Assembly (NCBI RefSeq): GCF_000150275.1
Contig: NW_002060961.1
Span: forward strand, 1,216,826-1,280,825
Reading direction: 5' to 3'
DNA from: Trichoplax adhaerens
Taxonomy: Eukaryota; Animalia; Placozoa
DNA: 64,000 nucleotides
The translations under genes and the position numbers were made by a program. The notes beneath the pieces are model-generated. The model did no database searches. It was not told where the DNA came from and saw only the letters and a program-made list of their open reading frames with translations. Below are positions 47,801 through 61,919 of the stretch, piece by piece (position 1 is the stretch's first letter; every line of letters begins with the position of its first letter).

Positions 47801-50800
47801 GGAGTCCTTTTTGAATAAAATGGGCACCATTCAAGGGCTACTCGAGGATACTTTTATTTTATTAAGTATGGGGATGATGAGGCATAAAATAGAAATTTTA
47901 TATTGAAATAGATCCCTTGTAAATAATATGGATATCAATTCAGCGACAAGGGTAGATTATACCTTCACTTACCGATTTTGAATTAATAATAATTACAAAT
48001 TGGACAGAGTAAAACGGAAGTCCAGTATAAAATAATCGTTTTGAGAACAATCTCGGCTAAATAATCGGTTCTATTCTTAATCGCCTGTGAAGACGATATG
48101 ATTTATTCTACTGTCTCGACGTGGTTAGAAACAACAAATAGTCCAAAATAGTTATAAATTCATTCTGATTGAAACATGATCTGGTGGTTGCTAAGTTATC
48201 CTTAAAATATTCATTAGTACTAAAACTAAATTTCGATTAAGGAATATGCTATTATGAAATAATGATTTATAGCACAGATTTCACAAAGTCATAAGGGTTA
48301 TTAGGCAATGCAGTCAGTTTAACTAACAGAAATTTAACGACTACTAAATTTATAATTTGTATCTCGTATGATACATAAATTAACACTGTATTAGCGATAA
48401 GAGGAAGGTAAAGAGATATTTGTTAGTGTTTTAGTGGATCATGATAAAAAAGTTTTTTAACCTTGTTGATCCTTTAGACTAAACATATTCACCGATCTAG
48501 TATAAAATCATTCAATAATAATAATATTTCAATCCGGAAACAGTTATGTTTTCAAGATGAATTATAGGATTCATATCCGATTGATTCTACGGCTAAGTTA
48601 ATCGGAAATGATCACGTTTAATAGATTGTTTATATCGTAAGATGGAAAATTCGTTGTTGTTATTACTTCAACAGTAAAATTAGTTTCATTCCACACATAT
48701 AAAACGTAACTAGGGTAAATAATTAAATAATTTTTCATGTTTGCTTTAACTTCTAGTAACGCATTATTTAATTATTGTCATATCTCTACTCAGAATCATT
48801 ATAGTCATTTATAGGCAGTGCTAAGATCTCGAAGTTTAAAACTGCAACGGCTTATTAATTTCAACGGGGTTTCGAAGCTTGTAAATAGTCATTTTAATAA
48901 TTAAAATGATTTGGAAAGTGAATTTGTACTCTAAGATGATAAATTGATCGACGTACTTGTCCGTTCAATAGATAATAGTGTTATAGCCGGACTATTGAAA
49001 ACTTATTTAAATACGTACCAGGTCGTAAGGTGACATCGATGAATTATTTAATTAAGTTGTGTAGTAAATCGAAGAGTGACTATTATTCATGAATTTAGTG
49101 ATGAAAATATCATACACTCGTATTGCCTTATATGAATAGCCATAATGGAAAGGCTTTGTCAAATTTCTATCAATGATTTGATCTTTCCTGTTCATCATAG
49201 TCTTATCAAAAATTTTTTTAGAAGTAATCGAAATTTCAATCGACCATTTCATTCTATTTATTTTTAGGCTTTTTCAAATTTTGACCCATATAGCATATAT
49301 TAGTCATTTCCTGATGTTTATAAATTGTGATGTCATAGTATTGTGCTAGAGATAGTGCAAATGTTTCATCAAATAGACTGTAATTTTACATTGATTATTA
49401 GTATATCTAGCATTATTAGGCCGGAAAGGGTGATGTAGTTTCGCATTTTTGTTTTGCCCAAAGGTATTGTTTATATTATTATCTAGATATAATGAATGAA
49501 GATAATTAATTAGAATTTAATGTTCTAAAACGATAATTTTTTGCCCTCTATAGTTTAAAAATTTGATAATATGTATGCCCGTAGGTTATGTTGTCAATAA
49601 TTCAATGAGGTTATAGCACGATTTACTTTAGAAATGATTGTTTTACCCTTTCAAAGAAAGACTTGAAGATATTCGTTCGGAGAAAATTGTTACTAAATTA
49701 AAGTTATTGATTATGTAAGAATTATATCTATGCACACTTAATTAATCATGCTAATCATACTAACTGATGTCTTATCGTTGGGTAAAAGTCAATGAAAATA
49801 CTTTTACTATCAATAGCAATAATCAATATATATATTATGATTACATGACTTGCTTTAAATGATGTTGATTTATATCGTATGGATGCATTTTCAAAATAAT
49901 GTACGTACTGCTAATTATAATAGTTCTTGATTGCAATTAAGTAGGAAATATATATGTTAAAGGATAATTGAACTTGTTCTGCACACTGTGTAAAGCAACA
50001 AAATTTCTATAATATAAATATAATTTCTTAATCAGCTGTAATAATCTATCTTACGATATCATTTTGATTGGAAAGAAGAGATACGATAAAAAGTGTTCTT
50101 ATTATCGACAGATGATCGAAATTTAATTTTTGTAACATGGTTCATCCAGACTTTTGCTTTATGATGAAACAAATGATTCGAATATTTTGGTCTAAGTTAA
50201 GCGGTGTAAATTATAGAAGAACATATGTCTGAATAAGTTATTAACCATAATAATCTATTCTTCTTATATTGTCATTGGATAGGAAATACATGATGAAGGT
50301 ATTCCTGTTACAAACTGAAGCGGCCAAGATTTGATTTTATAGGACTCTTTCGATATTCTTGATTTATCCCCTTACAGAATGAACTTCAAATTAATGTGTG
50401 TGATGCGAGATAGTTATTTATTTCATAACGTAATTATTATATACGCAAAATTAATTAACCACGGTAATAGTAATTCTTATTACTATTTCCCAAGAATAAA
50501 AGAAGATTGATTATATTTTCACTATCAACAGAAATGATCAGGGGTAAACATGACATCGTGAATTTTTTATATCATTGTTATATAATTAAAGATAATTTAT
50601 GTTAATTTATATGACGCTAATTAAAGTCATTGATGATGTAAAAATAATATAGCTAGACGGTTAATGAACCTAAATAGTACTTATTCTACTACATTACATC
50701 CATGATTCAGAAGGACTGAAGTATTTACTAAAAGGCAAAAATGTTATGACCATAAATTTATTATTTGGGAAATTTTTGAATACTTTATAAAGTTTAAATG

Positions 50801-51945
50801 TCATTAATTACATAGAAGCTAGTTATGGCAGAAATTTTTACTAGACTTAATAGTCTTATATTACACAAAATCTTATTTCTATGGCTGATTTTAAGAAACA
50901 GATTGTCTAAGGGCAATATCTGTATACTTTATCTTTAATTATACCAGTATTTAATTCTATCCTATGGTGTTATCAGTTTGTCAAAGGATAACAGTAATAA
51001 ATATATCGCTCCAAATTGAAGCTCTTTTAACGGTAACATGGCTATAATCTAGTTGTAATAGAAACTCATTTTATTTAGATTAATTACTTTGACGGTTGAA
51101 ATTCTCTTCTTAACATATTTATTAGTGCTTGAAGGCTATTATGATTACTATGATCTCTTTGAATAAAGTGAATAAAGACATTCATTATATTAAAATTTAT
51201 GTCCTTTTTCTCACCTCCTTGGCATTATTGATGACGTCGTACAGTATTTTACAGCAGAATAGCAAATCAAAGAACCTCTATAATAATCAGTTTCAAACAA
51301 ATTTATGCTGCTACGGTTAGCTATTTTGATAGCGATTTTAAATAGTGTACTCTTGACTTTATTACTTAAAAGAAGTAATAACTTTATCTTTTTGTTCCTG
51401 CGTTGATATAATACTAACTGAGAATAACAGAGGTCTAAGATGATATTTATAACCATGTTAATGTCATAATATTAGGTAAAAGCATGGAAAAGATTAGATT
51501 TATATGTAAATAAATACGTCAGTGTTCAAAATAACAGTCATCGCTATTCTATTGATTAGCTTCGGATAAAGCTCTTACAGTCTCACAATAATTAAAATTA
51601 TAGAATTATTGAATTAATCTGATTATAATTACTTTAATTTTACCTCAATCAATTACTTGCGATTACAGAAACCTTTATTACTTTGATTCGAATAAGCAAA
51701 ATAAGCATCTACTTCTTTAGGGCCCGATAAATTTTATAAGCTTTCTGACTATGTGTTTTATGTGAAGTTTGAAAATACATAATCAGGTCGAAAGATAATG
51801 TATTAGCTTAAGAAAATTGAACTATATTTGAATCCTATTTATTATGTTTAAGTAACTTGCATCATATAGAAAGAATAGTACGCAGTATGGTAATGAAGAT
51901 ATGGGAGTACAAGATTAGACATTTACTTTCGTAGCTAAGTAGGCC

Positions 51946-52027
51946 GAAGACGATTTGGCTACTTTAATAGAAATGAAAATTAAAGGGATAAATTGTTCAT
52001 TTCTATTAAAGTAGCCTAATCGTCTTC
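51946..52027. repeat. Near-perfect inverted repeat (32-bp arms, 18-nt spacer)
   Basis: gaagacgatttggctactttaatagaaatgaa ... ttcatttctattaaagtagcctaatcgtcttc, with one mismatch. Confidence 0.95.
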
Positions 52028-55000
52028 ATTAATCTGTTGCAGGCTTTGCATAAGTAAGAGCTAGATTATCTATTACTCTAATCAATTAATTCAGCTAAAG
52101 CTAATTAGATAACTTTTTTTGAAAATAAATAATCTTATTTTTTAACATTTTAAGCTTACGTAGCTTCTGACAGAGTTGCATTAATTTGCAAGTACGGTAC
52201 ATTCATTATTTAATTTATACAGGAATGTCGCGGAGTAACTTTAAGCTTAATAGCCGTAAAATAGTTTTCGTAAGATTACTTATGTTGAAACCTTTTGATA
52301 TTAATTTATCTATGAAGTCTTACATGTTTTGATAGCTAAGTGTATCGTTTAATAATAATATCTAATTATTGATAATATCGCTATAGCTCAAGCTTATGTA
52401 GATGAACTATCAATTGGCAGACATTTTAGTAACTTTTAGCTTTAGTTCATCTAAAAAGAGACTAGAAGAATTACTATTCCTTTGCTGATAGAAGATCGTC
52501 AATATTTAGAGTCGTACTATAGAGAGGTTTCAGGGAGACAAACTAGACAGCGACCGGTAGTGTTTAATTTTTGTAGTAGTTTTAATTTTTCCTTGTTACA
52601 AAATTTAGAGTTGTAATAAGAATATAAATGTTACTTGATGAATTATCTTAACTGAAAGGTGATTAAGCTGGATGTCTAATGGAACCAACTGAGCTTATTG
52701 ATGTTTACTCGTGCCAGAAATCTGATTATTTTGGTATGCTATTTAACGGGATAAATAAGCTACGTGTAATTTAATGAACTAATTAAATTCAAGCTAATTA
52801 GGTTACTTTATATGTGGTAGACGATTTGTTTATCAAAACACTATATTAAGTTCACAGAGACACAGTGTTTACTGCCGACAGAGTCTCATTAATTATGCTA
52901 AATTCAGAATTCATTTTTTTATCGTATTTGAATAAAATGAATCGATTAAGTGAAAGATGAATTAGTGAATTGTATGTGAATGAGTAATTTATTTTGAATC
53001 TTAAGTTAAAGTGTATACAGAAGAACGATGTGTTATTAAACTGACTAGGCTTGATAGTAATTCTTTATATTAGTACTGCAGGTTTCGGTTAGTAAACATT
53101 GGTCTAGAGTTTGGTGATTTTAAATGCTACTGAGTTGTATAAAATGCCTTTTAATAGATCTTTATTTAAATTTTTAGACTTGTTTTTTATAAGTATATGC
53201 AGTTCTCATTTCAATAATAAATTGAAATAAATGTGATGTTAAACGGGTAGTGGCGTGTATAATACTAAAAATTAATTACAATAGGACCAATTGTACCTAA
53301 AGTAAATCAATTCGGTCAAAAAGCTTTAACTATCAGCTTCAATAGTGAAATTTATATAATATTCTAATTAATTTAGGGATTATGTTCCTCTGCCTATATT
53401 GCTTAGAATACTTCTTGTATCGTTATTAACTATTAATTAATTACAAAATGAGGGCTTTATTGAAATGGGAATAAAGCAATACGGAACTTTATTGAATTAT
53501 AGCAAGTTCGTCTAGCATAAATGAAATAGGATTGAAGATATTGCTAAAATATTCTATTTAGTGCGTATCGTAAATAAAGATTCTCTATTGTTTCTATATA
53601 CCATAGCATCCCTAATTCCAGATCCTATTCGATTTAAATGGGTGTAGTAATTTCAGCTTATTACAGTAGTAATTGAATTATGGTAGCATTAACAAGTAGA
53701 ATAGTCTATTATACTTATAACATATTTCATGATTGCTGATCTTATGTCATGTTAGAGATTTGCTCAATTTTAATAACTCGGATTTTGAGTTAGACGATTG
53801 CCAAGCTCAACAACGGGAGAATACCTTGAAAGAAAATTCTCCGATAGTTTTGAAAGTTATTTATCGGTCTTAGATAAATATATGGTTACAGTATATCCGA
53901 ACTTTCAATTGTAAATCAGTTATTTCTTGAGCGGTATGGAGACTTGAAGTCTTCTGAATCAAGCGAAATCTTCAAGCTTTAGCAAAACTTTTTAGCGAAT
54001 TACACTAGCTTAGTTCTTGTATGCTTTTCTTGGCTTGAGTAAGATATATCTAGGTCTAACTCGTACGTATGTGTATATTATCATAATTTTCTCGTAGAAT
54101 AAGCCCTACAAGTTGAATTCTTATTTGAATAAAATGTTGTATATTTAAGAAATCGAGACAGTGGCAAGTCCAAACAATCTGGCATATAAATTAATAATTT
54201 TGATTTAAATTTGCAAAGGTTTAAACCATGCAGCCGAAACCTTGAGGGATCTAATTATTCGTTTATTAGAATTTCAAATTTTTTATCTACTTAGATGATT
54301 TTTCTAGTATGATTCTCATTTTACATGGTTATTACTTCTATTTTGACTAGAAAAGCAATAACGGCCTTTTACGTAAAGAAATTAAATAATATTTCGCGGG
54401 TTTACTAAGTTTTTTCGTTTCAATTTTGAAAACCAAAACATTTGCTGATATGTAATGATAAGCAACTGACGGACCTAGCTATGATTTATTCGCAGTGAAT
54501 TCCGCTACACTAAACGTTCGCGACATCTTTATTACATTTACAGAAATTCAACTCGTGTAACTGTTCTGTCAAAATTCTTTAAATTTAATATTCGAGTCTT
54601 TTCTTCGAAGAAATAGCTGCACGGCAAGTTTTCTACATGTTATGTCGCTCTAGCCATCTAATTTATAGGATACATTGGCTTGATCTAGTATTGAGTACTC
54701 AAGTTAGGAAAGTTACAGCTTATTTACATGACGTTAAGCTATCCAATAATTCTCTCTAATTTAGATAATTAATTATCGGTAGAGAATATGCTCAATTTAG
54801 CTCAAAGTTATAGTTTACAGTAAATTTTATCTATCTGGAATATAACCTGACAAGTGCTAAAAATCAACAAATACAGATATTAATTGAAGAAAATAATCCC
54901 AATTCGCCAGTGAGTGTTAAAGTGCTGCATATCTGTCCTTTCAAAAAAATTAGAATCAATTTTTCAAGATCAATAAATTTCATCAAAGCTATTCAGAACC

Positions 55001-55454
55001 AGTATTAGTACAACACTATGAAAATAGCGTCACTTTTAAGCTATACAAGTTCCAGGTAATTTCATAAACCTACTCTTGCTGCTAATACATGAACGCAGCA
55101 GCTATCATTATCAATAATGAACATTATACCGCCGATTCTTGAATAGCAGCTATGAAATAGCCTATATTGCATTAATATGCCGATAAACTCGAGTTTATAC
55201 GTGGTGCAAATGCAAATTCAAGGTTTTATAATAAAGCTGCACCCGAATTTGAAAGAGGCAAGTTTTATCATCGCTTGACATGCATAAAGTATCATTGCAA
55301 ACAGATCTAATTTTACGATTATAGTACTTACAAAAATCTGATAAGAAGACTAGGTAATTACTCAAGATTTTAGTTAACATCGTTATATTGTTATATTTAC
55401 CTTACTTTATCAGGTGACGAATGTACTACTTTATGCAATGTGAAATATTATCAA

Positions 55455-57032
55455 TCACAGGTTACACTTTGTAAGCATTTCCTTGATATCGGATAAAATA
55501 GAGGTTGCGGAAATTGGCTTTAAGGCCTCCAAGCTAACATTATTTTCTTGAATTTGTTCTTGCATTTTACGTAATCCAGGGAGCAAATATGCTTGTTCAG
55601 GATCCGTGAGATTTAGATGATCAATAACTATTTTAATTGACTGTAAAAGAACTGTAGGATGGTTAGTTATTGCACTAGAAGAGAATATTGATTGTTCTAC
55701 ACTATCTTCATTAATCTTGCTGTGACTTATAAATTCCCCCTTTATCCCATCATAATGCATTCCTTGATTTTCAGCAGGATGGGTAATATGACTAGACATA
55801 TCTAATGTTTCTCGAAAACTTACATTTGGTAATAAAAAATTAAAGTCATTATCTTTGATCTCTGGTAGTTTCTGGACAGAACTGAAGTATCCTACAGAAA
55901 GTATATTAGAATTACGAAAACTCTCAGCAATTACTTCAGGATTAACCTCATCCCATGCATCCTTAATCCATTTCATGGCCGATAATTGATCGACTTTATA
56001 GATATCTACGTCGCCATCTTTATCTCTTTCTAGAGCATTTGTTACCTGTAAGCAGCGGTAATGCTTTCTAAAATTAGTCATAATACCACACTCCATTGGC
56101 TGATATTTAGCTGGTGTATTAGAAGAAAGGATCAAAATCTTGACATGGCTTAATAGCGTTTCATCATATTTATGTGATGGAGAGTTATCTACTATCAGTA
56201 ATGCATGTCTATTTTGACGTTTAAAATGATCATTTATTTCCATTAGCCATTCAGTAAATATCGATGTAGTCATCCATGCTTTAGCATTAGATCTATACTT
56301 GAAGCCGAATTGCTCAGCTGATTTCTTTCGGAAGCAACGAGGCTTCTGGGAACATCCAATAACAAGAGGAAGTAATTTATCGGTACCGTCAGCATTTACG
56401 GTTAGAGCGATGGTTAATTTTGTCTTTCCTTTACGTTCTTTATCATCAAGCTTAAGAAAATGTGCCTGATCAGGAGTTATTTGATAAAATAAACCTGTTT
56501 CATCCATATTGTAGATATCTTGTAGTTCATAACGGCTAATAATCTGCGCAAATTCTGGATTATCTTCTACTGGTGATAGAATTGGAAATGCAGATCCATT
56601 ATTTAATTTTCGTAATTTGATTCCATGTCTTTTTTTAAAGCAGTACAACCATCCATTGGAAAAGGCTAAATTGGTAATATTAAGGGAATCTGCTAGTAGT
56701 CTACCTTTATTTTTAATTAAGTCATCAGTGAGTAAGATCCCACGACTTGCGCATTGCTTCACCCAATTTGCCAACTGCTGATCAAGTTGATCACTTTTGC
56801 CTCCCGCTCGAGTTTTCCGCCTGTTGCCAATCATACCCTCATGGTCATTAAGGTAAATATCTTTCTTCTTTAACATTCGTGAGATTGTTCCTTGACATGG
56901 CCTATAAGGTAGGGAGAACCTTCTTCTTGCCCATTCTCCAATTTCTTTTTGTTGTAATGTGGGATTTTGCACCGAATATTGACAAATGAGCCTTTTCTGC
57001 TTATAACTCAAGTTGGATTTCAGGCGAGACAT
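55455..57032 (-). CDS. pogo/Tigger transposase-derived, CENP-B/TIGD-like protein (N-terminal HTH + HTH_Tnp_Tc5 + DDE_1), probably domesticated
   Basis: Intact 525-aa ORF with 'LSYKQKRLIC', 'LDQQLANW', 'FSNGWLYCFKKRHGI', 'DIYNMDETGLFY', 'NADGTDKL...IG...KPRCF', 'YRSNAKAWMT', 'LLIVDNSPSH', 'QPMECGI'. I found no terminal inverted repeats by eye. Confidence 0.9.
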   Translation of the reverse strand: MSRLKSNLSYKQKRLICQYSVQNPTLQQKEIGEWARRRFSLPYRPCQGTISRMLKKKDIYLNDHEGMIGNRRKTRAGGKSDQLDQQLANWVKQCASRGILLTDDLIKNKGRLLADSLNITNLAFSNGWLYCFKKRHGIKLRKLNNGSAFPILSPVEDNPEFAQIISRYELQDIYNMDETGLFYQITPDQAHFLKLDDKERKGKTKLTIALTVNADGTDKLLPLVIGCSQKPRCFRKKSAEQFGFKYRSNAKAWMTTSIFTEWLMEINDHFKRQNRHALLIVDNSPSHKYDETLLSHVKILILSSNTPAKYQPMECGIMTNFRKHYRCLQVTNALERDKDGDVDIYKVDQLSAMKWIKDAWDEVNPEVIAESFRNSNILSVGYFSSVQKLPEIKDNDFNFLLPNVSFRETLDMSSHITHPAENQGMHYDGIKGEFISHSKINEDSVEQSIFSSSAITNHPTVLLQSIKIVIDHLNLTDPEQAYLLPGLRKMQEQIQENNVSLEALKPISATSILSDIKEMLTKCNL

Positions 57033-60000
57033 TTTAAGTATGATATAAATAGAAAAGAGTTTTAACTTGGAATATGTTTGATTCGAAATATTTTTTTCAG
57101 TATGATATCAGTGCATCAAGGAAAGTAATCGATATAGTTTCATACTTTGCATTTTATACTATAGGATTGTTTAATAATTATTGATAATCTGTCTTGTATT
57201 TTACGGTGCAACATACTGTAATAATTTTAACCTTACTCTGTTGCAATGATTGACTTTCGTAATTCTTTAGCCGATGAGAAGGTTTATGCGCAATAATCAA
57301 GTAGGTGCATATTTATTAAATAATTAAATTAATTAATCATGTCATACAAGTCAGTTTTAGTACATTTTCCATAAATATCGTAATTAATTAGTTTAAAAGG
57401 TTGCATAGGTGCAGTGCAGAGTATTGCATGTTAGAAAGATACCATCTAATTACTTTATAATAGTATTGCAGCTAATTTCTAGAATTCCTTTCTGTTTTAA
57501 TTGGTGCTTTAAAAACCTTATTATTGCAAGTGGAGGCTAACAAATAGTGAATATGTTACCCAAATATGTAACAAAATATCGTCACACTGGATTAGAAATC
57601 AATCAATCACATAGTTGAGGTTATATTTTAAGAATTTGGTATTACTCATAAATTAGAAGGCACAATAGCTCAAGCAGGAAATATGGCGATTATGGCTGGT
57701 CACTCATACCAACACATTTCTACTACAAAGATAACCGGAGATATTTCTCGGTCTTCTTCTATCCCGAATTACCTGTCAAGATTAGCTCTCTGTGGTAACT
57801 TTGAATTTTTTCTTTAACTTTTACGATAACAGCGATATAGACCTTCTTCTTACGCATAAATGATAAATTAACAAACTCTCTTCTCAGCAAACAAAAGTAA
57901 TTCGCTCTTGAGCTTTCTAACCATATTTTTAAGCAGTTACAGAGTTTACATACATGGGAATTAATACTAATAAATGGCATGACTATCATTTATGCCGAGT
58001 CCTAAGTCTGTATGATTTTAAGCTGTACCTTAAATTGATAGAGATGTATTTAATATGAGGCCACCATGATCAGAACTAGATCTAACGTTTGAGCTCTGTT
58101 ATAAATTATGTATGTAGATACCAGTACATGAGCTCTAAACCCTAATAATATAATCGACACTTACTTTATTAAGACATACAGTACAGTTCTACACTGTACT
58201 ATTACTGAATTTCCGAACACATAACTATTGTAATTAGACCGAAATCATTACACTAATTCACTTGCTCTTACGAGAAAATGAAATATATATGTTTTGTTAT
58301 AATCTGTAACCTAATAGCAAGCTATAAATCATGAACTTCTACTTAATGCTAGTCTTTAACGCCGTGACATGCCTGAAAATATTGTTGACCTTAACTAGGG
58401 AACTAATCAAATTTATATAATACAAAATAGCGTTGTAAATCTACTTGATTTTAAGTTTGACCATTTATTATGAAGAAAGTAGTACTATGATACCTTGATT
58501 GTCTAACTAAATGAGACAATTAGGAACTTGTTTCTATCATGGATGATTATTTACCTCTATTAGAGGTTCAGCCGAGAGTTTATAATACATTACTATAGAG
58601 CCTTACATTCCAGCTCTGACGTAAATTTACGTTGTCAATCAAAGCAGTTATTGTGTTAGATTTTAGTTACGTATATATGAGGAATAAATGAAGATAGAGC
58701 TTAGAATGGAGGTGAGCAAATAATATAAAAATTATATTTTATAAGAGATTCTCAAAGAAGCAATAAAAATGCTCTTTATCCTTGCATAAATTAGAGAAGG
58801 CACATTCTAGAGTAATGCACTAGAATAATTAAAAAATGACACGGTCATAGCATGTAATATTAAATAGCCTTAAAATTTGAAATTGTGTGCCATCATTATT
58901 GCTGCATAAGAACGACTGGTCAATTTGCTAACAAATTTTAAGCTTAATAGAAATTTAGAGAATTTGGTTGTTGGCCACTGAATTTAACTACTTGGATCTT
59001 ATATGTATATTACTACGCTAGAATGGCTGAACTATTAAGTAGGTCCGGCTTGATTAGGAATTAGGAGTTTGTGACGTAACTTATTATTGAGATTGTAGAC
59101 TATTAGCCATATTCCGTATGATCATGATAGCGTGAATTTCTATATTTATCTTCGGGTATACTTTAGTAGCTTATGAATGTAGACTGTAGTGGAAGATCCT
59201 ATGCTAGAGTACTACTGAGTATGTACAGTTGCGTGTCGAGGTACTATTAAGGTTAAGGTTAGAGGTAAACATAGAACTGTAATTCAAGTACTCTAAATAG
59301 CAGAAATAATGTCTACACAAATACTGTAGCTGTATCCGTATTGGATTAATGATGGTGCACCGTAAAATGTTGTTATTAATTAATAATAATTTAAATTTGT
59401 ATAAAATACAGTAGAATGTTGTTATGCCGATTGTAGCTCCGAGTGCTATGCAAAATACATAAGCTGGCTGCTTCGATTATTCTAGTAGCTCGTTCTAGAA
59501 GTGTTTAGTAGTTGTACGCGGCTGGAGTAGAACTGTAGTTATATTATCTTTGTATAAAGATGTAATGAGATTCTAATTGTCTATAAATTTCGAATTGGTG
59601 TGATCGGCTATATCAAGGAGCGTAACTAAAATACTTCATCATCGTCTATTTAATCCATCGAATTAGATTGACTAGCCATAGTCTATCTCTTACTTTATAA
59701 ATGGAAAGATTATACAATATTTTTAATCACGTTGTCATATAGTTGTCAATCATGTGTGTAATGATTCTGTTAATGGGATCCATTAATAAAAGAGAGAAAA
59801 TAATGTTGCAATTGTTTTTTGATTATTGCCTAAATAACTTCTTTGCATATTTACAATCATTGCACTACACGTAATAGGTTGTTTGCTTCGTAGAATTGTA
59901 AATAGAATTATTTACCGAGTTGCAAATTTCATACTTTTTTTGAAATAATTCTTATACGATTACTGTAGATATCCTTAATACCTTAATTATAATAATGTGC

Positions 60001-60199
60001 TATCATTATAATTATATTATATATTCATTTACACTGAAATGACGTACGCCTAAAAATAGGTTCAGTCTATTATGATTACATTAATAAAGATGAATTTTAA
60101 TTCTATACAGTACTATACTTGGAGGCTATTGGCAATTTTGGCATAAGTAAATAACAGTATTAGCAACAAAAACAACAACAAATAAACAAACATCACGTC

Positions 60200-61140
60200 A
60201 AGCTATCAATCATTTCTGGCTACCCACAGTGATGAGTTGAAGGCCTGAAGCCTATCTGCTGGCACAGAGTGGTATCGTAATATTAGAAGCCAGCATAAGG
60301 AAGGCTTCCATAAAGGCACGATAGTAACTAAAATTATTTAATTACCGATAATAAGCTTGAAGGTATTCTTCCATGATGATTTGAACCTTGATAGAAGACC
60401 TTTCGCCCCCCCCCCCCAATTTAGATTACTGTATGGCCTCCTAATTACTTCAATCCAATTATTATCTACACGAAATTTATTCTTTTGGCTAATTGAGAAA
60501 AGGAAATAAGGTATAGTATTGAGCTATCAATTATTTCTGGTTGGCAGCCATTATAGAATAAAAATCTAATGGCGGTCTACCAGTGAAGAAGAAAGACATA
60601 ATAATAGAAACCAGTTTAAGAAAAATTATCAGATGTACTCGATAGTACCTGAAATTAATTCATAGTGGCTGATAAGTTTGAACGTATTCTCCCATGATGT
60701 TAGGAGACTTGATTAAAGACTTTTCAACCTAAATTTAGATTGGCTTTCATTCAACAATTACTAATGCTATTCATTTGTATAATTAAGAAAAACCAGTAAA
60801 GCATGATCGAGAGCCTCAAAAATATTTTGTCTTTACGACTTTTCTCGAAAGGACCAAAAATGCGAAAAACGTAAGGTCCCGTGGTCCCTAATATAATAAT
60901 AAGCAATTAATCATTTCTGGCTAACAATAATGATGAATTGATGAGCTATTTAAAGCAAGATTACCATGGGTATACGATAGCATCGAACTATTTGAATGTG
61001 GCTAATAATTAAGCTTGGGGGTATTCTGCCCTTGAAACAAGTGTCTAGAAGACTTTCCATCCTATACTTCCTTTACTGTAATTATTACGAATTACATTCA
61101 TTTATCTAATTAAGAAAAGTAGGTAAGGCACAGTCCTAAA
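60200..61140 (+). repeat. Degenerate tandem repeat, three copies, period ~320-380 bp
   Basis: aat[c/t]atttctgg blocks at ~60202, ~60522 and ~60903; taag[c/t]ttg..gtattct.cc..ga...aagac blocks at ~60351, ~60671 and ~61011. Confidence 0.75.
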
Positions 61141-61407
61141 TTGATTTGGGAGAGACAGTGGATCGTAAATTGAGTGAAGTAGTAATATCATTTTCATGAT
61201 TAGAAAGATAACAAGTTTAATTGCTAGTATGAAGGCTTGCCATACAAGTAAATCTGTTAACTCCCTTTTATTAAAAATAGAGTTTGTCTCATATTTAATT
61301 ACTGTCTATATTTGAGGACACTTTAATATTTGTTGTCAAGTACGTTATCGAATTAAAGCTATAAATTTTATCCTTTAATATTATTATCTTAAATCTTTCC
61401 GAAAGGT

Positions 61408-61770
61408 CTATCGACAATGTACTTCGCTGGCGAATCGAAAGAAGCAATAATGGTCTCGAGACCATGAAAGAAAGGACCATGCTGGTACTAGGATTGTCGC
61501 TTTGGAAATAGAACAGTAGGGATAGCTAGGACTTCGGATATCGTTCTGTTTCATGTTCGTATCATTGCACGTCTATTTATCTGCTAAGGTCATGGCCAAT
61601 AAATTTCCTGATAGGGAAGTGATTGCTAGTGTTGAAATCGTCAGAAGAGATATCAAAGTTTTAGCTAGTGTTGGAAGAAAAGGAATGTTGCCTCAATAAT
61701 TGTTTCTGTTCGTTATTTTTGTAAGTAATGAAGGCATCGTATGATTGCTATTGGTGGAATCGTGGAAATG
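61408..61770 (-). pseudogene. Possible decayed class A GPCR fragment (N-terminus to TM2/ECL1)
   Basis: One frame reads ...NHTMPSLL...NNY*GNIPFLPTLAKTLISLLTISTLAITSLSGNLLAMTLADK*TCNDTNMKQ...ILVPAWSFLSWSRDHYCFF. It resembles the intact GPCR's VSTFLITVIGNILLITVIIQNKGGNMKN but has two in-frame stops. Confidence 0.35.
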
Positions 61771-61919
61771 TAGTTTTATGTTTAGCAGCAATCTGAACGC
61801 AAATGGACTAGCGAATACTACTATAGTAAATTTGACACTGCATGATGTGGTAGCACATGTACCTGGGACTGTTGCATATCATCATGTCTAGCAAACTGTA
61901 TAGAATGAACTGCGTTTTC

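Noticed and set aside
54700-58300. Terminal inverted repeats of an autonomous pogo element
   Set aside because: Only isolated TACAG words were seen, with no matching inverted pair around the ORF.
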